Shown piece by piece: positions 52,998 to 64,000 of a stretch of DNA of 64,000 bases. Below the pieces are notes generated by a model, which saw only the letters and a program-made list of their open reading frames with translations, was not told the origin of the DNA and ran no database searches. Position 1 is the first letter of the stretch; each line of letters begins with the position of its first letter. This DNA comes from Epiperipatus broadwayi (Eukaryota > Animalia > Onychophora), in the NCBI GenBank assembly GCA_028023455.1, contig JAQFVV010000004.1:2480001-2544000 (forward strand), written 5' to 3'. Position numbers and translations under genes: made by a program.

Positions 52998-55900
52998 AAA
53001 GCATGTGGTCTACTATATATTGAAACAGTAAGATTCACATTCAAATCTTAAGTTTCACCTTTTTCTATCATCTCTCACCCACCACCTTATCCTACCCAAA
53101 TTTAAACTTTTTGGTATCGAATTGTGTGTGTAGCAATATTAAAAATATATAAATATCTGTAAAATTCACTATAAACACACACTTCGATAACAAATTTAAA
53201 GCAATAAATAAATATAATTGATATAATTTGAATTTCTCTTTTAGTTATATAATTTTATATAACTTTAATTATTTATTTTAAAGTATAAACTTTCGTTAAT
53301 ATATTGCTGTTTTAAAAATCATATTTTAAATAATAATTTTGAAATTAGATTTTAATGTAAAGAAAAGTAAAAATCAATTATAAATCCCTTTTGTATTTGA
53401 AATTTTGCAGGTAATGGTCAGTGAGAGATAATAGATTAATTAAAAAGAAAATTCCCTAAAAGCTTTAATTACGAAAATGTTAAAAGGTAAAGTAACCTAA
53501 ACAATAGGAATGTAGCTTTCTGAATTAATTAAACTTATAAAAATGCATTGATTCTCCTCGGGGCAAATGAATGGAGCTAAAAATAAAATAGAATAAAATT
53601 GAAAAAGATAAGATAAAGAAAAGAGGACATTTTGGATTTCTAAGAACTTTTTAGTTAGAATTTGGCTGTGCTCTTGCTCGGTTGAGAAAATCCAAATCTT
53701 AAATTAATTTATCTACTACAAGATGATTGAGTAGGAAACACCCAGACTATTCTCCCCCTGGAGATGGTCGATCATATGCCCGAACCTCCACATGTGCCCT
53801 TCACAAAATAAACCAAGAGGATCTGCTGCCTAAACAATCGGAAAGCTGCTGCTACTGAAATGAATTAGTAACCTGAGTTCTGGAAAGAACTGCTACTGTT
53901 TAAACTCATGAACAATGTGCCACTGACCATGCAATCTGAAAGCTTCTTATAAAACAGGCACCTGTACCCAAGGTCTATAAATTCTATCCATAAGCTATAG
54001 CTCAATCTATATAAATTGTTCATTGATAAATTTAATTGTACATCTATTCTGTAATTTCTTTTAATAATATAGCTTATCTAAGTCTATCTCTTGGGTACAT
54101 ATTTCTACTTTTACATTTTATTATTCAATAATATCATGCGGATAAGATTTCTGATTGAGCCTCGCCAAATTTTAAATATCAATTATAATTAAAATGGTTG
54201 CCATCTTGTGCGACAACCAAATCTTAAAATTCTTTTATATACTTCTGTTGGCTGGTCAGCTCAGAAATCACCATAATTCCTTAATAAATAAATACATTAT
54301 TACATGAAACAGTGGATGCATATCCAGTAAATCCTATGATTAACATTTACTTATATTAGATTATTTTATTTCAGTTATTTTCATGTTAATCGACACGCAT
54401 TCATTGCTTCACTTATTGCAATGTGGGAGTGTACTACATGGCAAGTGGCAGACGTATTAGTTCTTAGAGTAACCACCCTAATTTATAATTACCTTTAAAA
54501 CATGTTCTAATCTTAAATAATAAAGTCATTATTAGTTAAACCCATTAAGTGCATTTCTTTGAGAGCAAAATATGTTCTTTATTAAATGTTGGTAATGTGG
54601 GACCGAGTCATAAATTTTATATTCAATCCTAACAACCTATTGTATTAGTTATACATGTGCTACAGTTTAGAGATGCAATAATCCATCTTCAAGCCTTGGA
54701 TACTCCAGATCATACAGTATTTACTGAATCCTAGACATCCTACAAATGGGACATAATAAATGTCCTCATAGGGCTTGACACCCATCACGCAGTCAGATAT
54801 TAATTGTGGCACCAACCCTTTGCACCTGATGATGCTTATGTGACCCTCTTACCTCCAGGCCCACAGCAAATACCAACCCATGTTTCAAATTTATTCATTG
54901 ACTCGCAGTTTTAATGTACTGCTATACTCGCATCACATTTCTAAACGTACCACATGTTTCTTTATTATTAATTTTATTATTCCACATATGACTCCATCTC
55001 CACATTATTTGACATAAACTCACTCTCAAATCAATTTTGGCCCTTAATTTAATTCCTCATAAATATCTTATTTGATTAAATAAAATATATGTCCACAGCT
55101 GCTATTATCATTTCTAATTTAGATTCGTTCATTGCAAAGCTATTAAATCCCCAAAGACATGATTCTGAAATACTTGCTCAAGAATTCAGGTAGCTAGATT
55201 ACATCAGCCAAATAATTGTATTTGTTGTAAATATAAAACAGTATCGGAAGAATAATACTGCTACTGGAATTTTAATATAATTATGTTTTATTTAAATAAT
55301 TTAATCTTAAATATTATAATTAAATAATTTCAAACCATACGTCTGCCATCATACATTTATTTATTCGACACACCTTCAGTATAATATCTTCTCGATTATT
55401 TAAAATAGAAATGTTTTTATTTAGTATTATTATTTGTCTAACTCGAAAATAAAGTCTATGAGTTCTCTCACATCTCCCTGATCTCTGTGCCTAAAGAAAT
55501 GTTTACTAATGTGGCATCAGATGCGTTGTTTCGTAGAGTGTATTGTGGAACTGATAAACCATGTTTGAACTCAGTACTACTGATAGCTTCACTACCTATG
55601 TGCTGCTTTTCAGTGTGGTGATTGAATTCTGCACTATCTTAATGAAGCATACAAATCTGACTGTTACAATATATATATATAATTTATCAATGCAAATAAG
55701 GAGAAGTGGAGAGAAATTTTCATACTTCAAAAAATCACAAGTATGTTATTATAAAAGATTTTGTAATGAATAAAATCCCAAGTATTTAAATTTTTGAAAC
55801 AGGATTACATTAAGAAAACAAACTTTTGATAACTATTGTAATGTTTTAAAATTCTATAACAATGGTATAAAATATTTAAAAAATTATGAAATTTAGATTG

Positions 55901-56273
55901 GCCATCTCTTTATGAATGGCTGTTAATAATAACTGAGTAATACTTAAAATAGTATTCAGACCTAAAACAATATATCACTACAAGATAAAGGAATTATTAA
56001 ATTTAATCTAGATTTTTTTAATCCTCAAATTTTTTTTTTACATTTCTCCAATGAAGTTTCCATCTCATTTCCATTTTGAATTTTTATTCTTTCAATAATG
56101 TCAGTACTACTATTTACTTTTTCATCCATGTATTTCAATTTTCACCTCTTCTTATTAATCATCACAAATTTTTAAAATTAGCTTATCATTATATTCTGCA
56201 ATTACTATAACATTCTAATATGCTATTGTATCATATTTCATAGTATGAAATATACTATACTTTGCTTGGTGGA

Positions 56274-57412
56274 TGTGATATATTATTTTATAAAATTATT
56301 CTCGTTTTGCTGCTATACGTATGATACGTATATCAAGATGGAGCCACGGCATTGCCAGCACATCTTCTCTTATAGGGCAGAGTAGTAGTGAAGCCTGACC
56401 CAAGGCCAGGTTAGCATGCAAGTCCCCTGCCATTGCTGAACAAAATGTTCATTTTTCAAGCAGCATTGCGATCAGTTACAGGGTACCTGCATTTGTCGCA
56501 AGAACCCTGAAGTTATTCATCCATCCATAGAGCGACTTTTCCTATTGTTATTTACCTGTGCCATAGCACATTGGTAAAATTTTAGGCAGCCAACTCTCCC
56601 ACCTTAATATAGCACTTTCAGCATTGATCTGAAATTCTCTCTCGAAAGCCATGTTCGATCGATAGTTACTTGAGCTGGTTTATGCGCTCATTGTTAAATA
56701 TTATATTTGCAATAAATAATGAATTTTTAGAATAATCAAGGTTTAATATAATTATTTATATAACAGGCACCAATTTAATAGGATTTGGCTTAACGAGATT
56801 TATAGACATAACGGAGTGATTATTTATGTATTAGTTGTAAAGCAATTCATAAGATGGGCATATGTTAAACACATGTATGAAAATTAAATGAAATTATTTA
56901 TATAAAGCTATTTTGAATTATATATAAAAAGAGAATGTGTTCTCTTATCTAGCCAATGTTTGCTGTGTACATCCTACGCTGAAATGCTATTGTATTTAAA
57001 TGATATATATATAGGAATTTTAATAAATGTATAATTAATTTAATGTATTTCGTTCTCTCTCTCGTTATTGATCTAATTCAATCCAATTCTAATTATTATT
57101 TATAGACTATATATGTGAAAACTATGCATTAATAATCCTTTAAATTAGTGATATATTTTAGAAAATTAAGAACCTTTCTTTTATTTATCAGAGTCTTATT
57201 GCGTCTCTGTGACCTATGTCGGCCGTGGATAAAGGAGTATACAACATGTAATTTCAAGGTGGTCATTTATAGGGTCTTGAGTCTTGGAATACTGGCTTAT
57301 GAGTTGAAGTGTGGTCAGACTTGGGATGCCACAGTCCTAGTCTGGTCAGCTTCGGTCTCTTTTGCTTGGATTCTGAATTCTGTTATGCGAATGTACAAAC
57401 TTGACCATTACA
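56274..57412. mobile_element. Possible solo LTR
   Basis: TGTGAT...ATTACA ends and a GC/CpG-richer interior; no matching TSD. Confidence 0.3.
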
Positions 57413-57434
57413 ATATATATATATAATATTTAAA

Positions 57435-57808
57435 CATAAGTATATTTTCTATACTGAATTTAATGTAATTAGAAAGGATTTGAACTCAGCCTTTCAAGAT
57501 CTCTATAGTAGCCACCCCATCTTATACAACTAATATCGATAACTTCATGTGAATAAGATAACTGATCTCCAGTATATATATTTCATGCTGAAACAGCACT
57601 CATCAGTTGGCCTAGATCATCATCTCCCACATATATAAAATCAGTGATCAGTTTGTATTGAAATACCAAATCTTCAAACTTTAATGGACAGGCTTCAACT
57701 TCTCCACCCTCCAACACTTCAGCCATCCATGTCATTGAAAATCTGATGAAGGAATGCTCAAAGCCCTTGTAGGGAGTTTGAAAGTCTGAGTTCAAATCCT
57801 TTCTATAT
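57435..57808. mobile_element. Family B copy with short inverted terminal segment
   Basis: tttgaactcagcctttcaa near 57480 is mirrored by ttgaaagtctgagttcaaatcctt near 57780. Confidence 0.85.
57569..57610 (-). ncRNA. Family B hammerhead with intact catalytic core
   Basis: CCAA CUGAUGA GUGCUG uuu CAGCAU GAAA UAUAUA UA CUGG; one helix I mismatch next to the cleavage site. Confidence 0.75.
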
Positions 57809-59454
57809 ATATGTAATGATTTTAATCTTGTAAATGAAATTTATAATACATTTATTAATATTTTTTAAAATTAACAGGAATTTCTAATCGATTTATTAAT
57901 ATTTTTTAAAACTTAATGAGTAACATATTCAGTAAAATAATACTGAAAAAATAAATAAATAAATACTTGTATGCCCCTGAAAATGTCTAATTAATAAAAA
58001 ACATGTCTGCCAAGCTTGAGTTACAGGATAATACATAAACACCAAAATTAATTAGACAATACAGAGTTTAAAAAAATAGTATTAAATAATTATTTTTGTG
58101 AATACATAAAGAGAATAAATCTGTCACATTTTAAAATGTTTGTTTTTAAAGTTATAAAAGATATTTAGCAATAACAGAGATTCCCATATTCTCTTTCACA
58201 ATTGATTGAATATATTTTAGGGGTTTTGATGACCCTTCAAAATTTAGAGTAATGGTAAAATGTATATTCCAAAGCTAATTGTTTCTCAATAAAAGTTCAA
58301 TAATTTAAATTTAACATGATCTCTTGCATGGTAAACCATTATTATGAGTGAAGCTAAAATTTTCCAGATCACTAAAAAAATTGCAAATAAACTCAGGATT
58401 TGTTTACTAGATTGTCTTTCGCTAATTCAGGTAGTAATATATTTTCTTTAAAACAAATTAGTAATGTTGAAAGAAAAAAGTCAATTTAGTGAGGCCATGT
58501 CTCTATATTAAATGCCAGGTAGCAGAAAATTTTGATATTTAGTTTTCCGCTTTTAAACTCAAAAAGAAGTCTATATATATATAATAAATGTTATAAGTTT
58601 TATTTTAAATTTACTTTTAAAATCTGTTTAGACTTTTAGATTTATAAAACAAAAATTTGAATTATTATTATTACTATTATTATTGCTTTGCTGCTAAACA
58701 TTTATCATCTTTTTTTTTCTTTCATTTTTTAAAATCTAACTAAATCTTCATAGCTATAGTTTGCATGATAAATGATTTCTTCATCCTCAGATTCATCATC
58801 TTTCTGACTTTTAGATTCTTCTTGCGGTGTTATTTCCTTAAGGATCACTACTGAAGTTGTTATAGCAACCAATTTATATATATATATAATTTTTAAAAAT
58901 TTATTAAAACTATTTATTCTTTTTTGCAGGTCAAAGGGTATTTATTCTTTAATGCCCTCTTCTTTTGATAATGAGATTAATTATTCTGCATATTTTGTTG
59001 ACTTCTTTTTTTTAGATTAAAGCTGCCTATGACTTGCCTGCACTGTCTGACATCAATCTAAATAGATAAATTTTTAATAAGCACTGGGGTTGAGGGGCCT
59101 ACAGCTGACTGCATTTTCTCTGCTTGCAATGAGACTATGAGTATTCTAGGTTGTATTGGTGTTAATGATGCTACTATGTTGATTTTTTTTTTTTTTGAGA
59201 TTTTTTTTCTTAAGTAAACAGCTAATATTAACTGTAAAAGCTTAGCTGCAGGCAACACAACTTTTTGATTTTGGTTTAAAACACTAATAACAAAAGAGGT
59301 AGCTGTGAGATGTAAAAATATATATTTAAGAATATTTTAAGATAGTTATTATTAAAAATTAAAATTTATTATTAAAATAACTATTTTATAATGAATTATT
59401 TATTTATCAGAAATTTATATATATATATGTCGCACAGACACGTGAAATTATACA

Positions 59455-62000
59455 TATCATCATTTTTAACCAGATCCAAGTTTAATCGAGTTTCTCCAAT
59501 CTCTAGCCACTTCTCCATATTATTTAAACACACTTTCTAATTTCATCCATCCATCTTTTATGTGGTCTCTTTCAAGATATTTTACAATCTCTTGGAATTT
59601 AGTTTAAGATTTCAACTGTCCATGTACTAATATTTCCTTTATCAATATTCAGTAACACCTGTCTGTTCTCTCACCCATGCAGTTCATTATTCCTTCTAAT
59701 TATATTAACATAATTTCTCCATACTTCATAGAATCGACTGAAGTATCTGTACTGTTCGTATGTTAAGTGTCCAAATTTCACATCCATAAGTAAGAATTGT
59801 TAAAATATCTTTATTAAAAGCCTCTCTTTTCAAGCACTGACAAATTGCTTTTTAATATTGTTATTTCTCTCAAGTTTAATTCTGTGATTAATTCCATCCA
59901 TTGCATATTTATATGTATAATAAGCTGACTAAGGTATTTATAGTTGTTAACTTCTTTTAACACATCATTATCAATCTGTATTTTCTTTTTTTGAGAAAAT
60001 CCATTGAACGTTATTTTAGTGTCTTTTTAACATCGATCTTTAATTGTACTTTCTCATTTTCATCTGATAACTTTTGCAGCATTTTTTCAAATTTTAAAGC
60101 ATTATTTGTAGAACAATTACATCATCTGCAAAATAATAACCATTTATTTATAATTCATCAGGTTCTCACTTTAAGCAACAAAATATTTATTACAAAACTG
60201 CTGTAAACAGTTTTGGAAATAAGGAGTCCTTCTGTCATATATCCTTGTCAATGTTAATCTTCTTAGTCCCACTATATAATTAATCAGTGTTGTTGTGTTT
60301 TGTTAAACATTTTTCAAAAATATGAGAATATCCTGGGTCTAATACTTTATAATAAAGCATTGAAGAAATACTTATATAATCAAATGCCTTTTTATAAACT
60401 ACAAATCCAAAACCTAATGGCAACTCATATTCATTTCTCCGTTCTATAATTTCTCTCAATATTTAGATGAGATCTATGTACCAAAATCATATTTAAATTC
60501 AGCTTATTCTTTTGGTTGGTTAAATTCAACCTTCACTGTAAATGAGTTGTAATAATCTTTATAAAAATGTTGGATAGAACTGATAAAAGACTAATAGATC
60601 TGAAATTTCTAATATGTTCTTTTTTAAAAAATATTAATACTAATAATGCATTCTTTCTTTCAATCATTTGGCACATCTTCATTGTTTATACATTTGGCAT
60701 ATAACTTTGGCAATATTTTTTCTATTTCTTGACCTGCATCCTTTAAGATAACAATTATAATTCTATTATTACCTGGAGTTTTTTCTTTCTTCATAATTTT
60801 AATCACATGTCACAATTCTTCAATTAAAATGCTGGACAATTCAGAATATATAGTAATTTAGAAAAAACTATTTCTTGATATTCACTGCTATATAATTCTT
60901 TATAGAACTTTTCCACACATTTCATGATATCATTTCTTTTTAATAATAGACCCACCTTATTTCCTTATTGCAGAAATAGTTGCCTACAAATACCAAAATA
61001 TTATTTTACACTTTTGATAGTTTTATTGTCTTTAACAGCTTTTCTTGCTATTTTACATTTTCATCTAACATTATTAAGTCTTTTTCACATCATTTTACAA
61101 AATTCCAGATATTCAATTTTTCTTAATGGATCATATTTATATATTATTATATTCATTCTTTTTTTTATAAATAGTCTCAATAGAAATTTTTTTGGTTAAT
61201 TACTGCATTTTTGTAACTACTTTCTTTGTTCCAATCTTTGTTCAAATCTGAACCATTTTGAAAATCTGTTAATATTTTAAAACAATTTGCTAAGTTCTAA
61301 TTTAAGATTCATCGAAATATTTCTGAAGATGAAGAATATCAACCATGAATACTGTTTTCCTTAAAAAAAAAAAAATCTCTCTGGATTTGTATCAAGATAT
61401 ATCTTAAATATCACCAATTGGTGATTACTTCTTGTGTTGAATTTATCAAGAACATTACAATCTTGAACTATATATTTTCTGTTAGTCAAAATATAATCCA
61501 TTTCTGCTAGACTTTCATTTGGATGCTTTAATGTTTATTTCTTATTTAGCATTTTTCTCAAAGAAAGAGTTCATAATATAAAGTTTTTTTTTTTTTTTTG
61601 TGAACTCCACAAAACTGTGTCTTCTCTCATTTTAACACCATAATCAAATTTACCCCCCAATACTTTCATTATTTAATCATATATCAATTCTAACTTTAAA
61701 GTCTCCCATGACAATTTTAAAATGTTGTTTGGTCTGATCAAAAGTGTTTTGCATAGCCATATAAAAATCCTCTACTTCTTCATCACAATGAGAACTTGTT
61801 GGGGGATAAACCTTAGTTATCTGCATTTGGGATTTTTTATTAAGTTGAATATCTAATTGTTGCTTATCTGACCATCAATCTACAAAGTGTTGTTCTTCCA
61901 CCTCTTATTTATAATGAAACATACTCCACTTATCTTTATATGATCAAATACCAATATGTTCCTATAATTCAAAAGTTTCAATTCAATTGCAAAATAAGTG
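59455..62000 (-). mobile_element. Degenerate, near full-length RTE LINE (APE endonuclease and RT)
   Basis: KVYPPTSSHCDEEVEDFY..IVMGDFK (~61700-61825), FADDVIVL (~60110-60133), YGCEIWTL (~59765-59790); numerous stops. Confidence 0.85.
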
Positions 62001-62618
62001 TAATAAATATTTCTGGACAAATGTGATTCATAATTCAAATCTCAATTTAATGTAATAAAAATCTGACCTAATAACAACCGATTTTACTGTGTTATACATG
62101 TAATAAAAGAAGAGTTTGATTAAAATCACAATTATAAATCAAATTCAAATCATCTACAGTCAATCAATAAGTACTGATTGTTAAATCTTATTAATATATA
62201 CAAAATTGAAAATAGCAACAGCAACAACAATAGTAATAAAAATGATAATAGCTCACCGACTCCTATAGACATGACACTCCTCACAGACAATCTTAACAAT
62301 ATACAACAGCATCCATCAACATGCATGGAGAGAGAATCCATAATAAATTTCAAAACTCAGGTTCTACTGCCAATAACAGGCCTCACAAAACAGTAGTCTG
62401 TTGTTTTTAAGCATTTAACAATAAGGTGCAGGTCGGTCCTCATCCCCTAAACTGCAACATCCACCATAACTTCAATCAATCTAAGCAAATGAAGATAATA
62501 AAAAATTACTTAGTTTCGCATTAGAGGTAATAGTTAAATCTCAAAATTATACCATTTAACCAATGGATAGACATTATTAAACCACATACTCTGGTGTTGC
62601 TTGAACCAAAGATTTACA

Positions 62619-62848
62619 GTGGCTCCAAAATTTGACCCCTAAATTTGCCTAAATAAGCAGGGATTGGGTGCATGTTTCAGGAACCTTTCATCACCATCAG
62701 CTGGCACTGTAATCATTATTGTTTCAGCCTTCTGTGGCTCCAAAATTTGACCCTAAATTTGCCTAAATAAGCAGGGATTGGGTGCATGTTTCAGGAACAC
62801 TTCATCACCATCAGCTCACACTGTAATCATTATTGCTTCAGCCTTCCT
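62619..62848. repeat. 115-bp tandem duplication
   Basis: gtggctccaaaatttgaccc...ttcagcctt begins at 62619 and 62734 with few mismatches. Confidence 0.9.
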
Positions 62849-64000
62849 GTTACCACATTATACCAGCATAGTATAACAATCAACATTATATTTTTCTACA
62901 TTCTTCAACATCCACAAATCATATCAAATGTAACTATTAATTCATTCCTTGGGTCTATCCTTCATCCAACAAGCCCCATGGGTGATTTTAAGCTTGACTA
63001 CATTCACCTCCAAGTTGTTGCACCTGATTACCAGCTCTCTTATAAGCACCAAATGCTTCTTATCAAAGACTGCAATTACATTTTATCCCTATTGACCTTT
63101 GCTTTTATTCATCGATGTTGCTCTATATAATTAATCTATCTCACTGAACTACACCAGCCTTCAAATCACCAACATCTTCATGAAAAAAATAATCAGACTT
63201 CTCTTTCCAACATTTACCACTGAATTTTTGTTTTCATAAACATAAATAATGCTCAACAAGCAAGAAGCTTTATCTGTTGATCCAATCCAAAAATATCTTG
63301 CTTTGTGAATATACTCTCCCTTAACATAAACCACATAACAGACAATTACCCCCTCCTACTCATTTCCAGTCAGTGGTCAATGACATACCCAAAAGAATGG
63401 TCTTGTTAAAACCCACAGAACATAACTTCAGTGCATACATAATCTTACAAAAATGTACCATCAAACCTGTCAGAAATTTAAAGAATACCTGTCCAACAAA
63501 AAGAGTAGAATCTGTCTAGGGCAGCAACATACATGTATCTGAGAATACATTTATTGAACACTGAGGGTATACCCTTCCAAAGTTAGAGTCATTTTGGCCA
63601 CTCAGGTTGCAGAGGTTAATTATGCTATACATAATATGATTTTCCCCATTTTCCAGCATTTTCAGCAAAAACTTATAATGCCTAATGGATTCACATCTAA
63701 CCCAGAGTAATCTGGATCTCATGATGTGAATCACCCATTTAAAATTGATCAATTTGCCAACAAATTAGCAGTTATTCACAAAGGATGCCATCACAGAACA
63801 CAGAGGATGTCAACGTTTGTTTTCAACAACTCAGTCAATTTACTACCATTTTTTTTGGGACATTGCTAACAACTAGTCACAGAAGATATTCAAGTCAAAA
63901 ACCTCCATCCAAACATAGTTTCTTTTATTAAGAAGTCAACCCCTACATACACTTTCCAAATTGTGACCTATCTCCATAAGCCCATTATCATTAAGATCCT

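Noticed and set aside
54380-54950. BEL/Pao-like words (INVLIGLD on plus, RVVTLRT on minus)
   Set aside because: Motifs lie on opposite strands amid many stops; insufficient to call.
3924-57795. ORF-track peptides such as MVQITIS..., MVQIIISQH..., MNSDFQTPY... and MLIQAVITE... as a host gene family
   Set aside because: All fall within family A or B repeats and vary in frame and strand between copies.
63100-64000. Possible L1-type endonuclease remnant on minus (ORF 63516..63752)
   Set aside because: Only vague resemblance; catalytic motifs (GDFN, SDH) not clearly recoverable.

Overview
Strongly AT-rich, CpG-depleted eukaryotic DNA, probably animal (inferred from the transposon types present). 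No long ORF and no host gene I can name; only a few candidate short exons and CpG-retaining promoter-like patches. Most of the window is decayed mobile DNA: L1/Tx1, CR1/L2-type, Ingi-like and RTE LINE remnants, a solo LTR, a hAT MITE, tRNA-derived SINEs and many (TA)n tracts. The main result is at the RNA level. At least four unrelated repeat families carry a minimal type I hammerhead ribozyme (HHR) motif with a self-complementary helix III, plus a fifth with a variant core, giving about 25 intact or decayed motifs in 64 kb. They are typically inserted as head-to-head inverted duplications, and where measurable their monomers are about 430-480 nt. One young copy (48940-49593) keeps a TSD and a Penelope-like ORF N-terminus. 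This points to a set of non-autonomous mini-Penelope/retrozyme-like elements. All alignments and folds were done by eye, most boundaries are approximate, and no cleavage activity is demonstrated.
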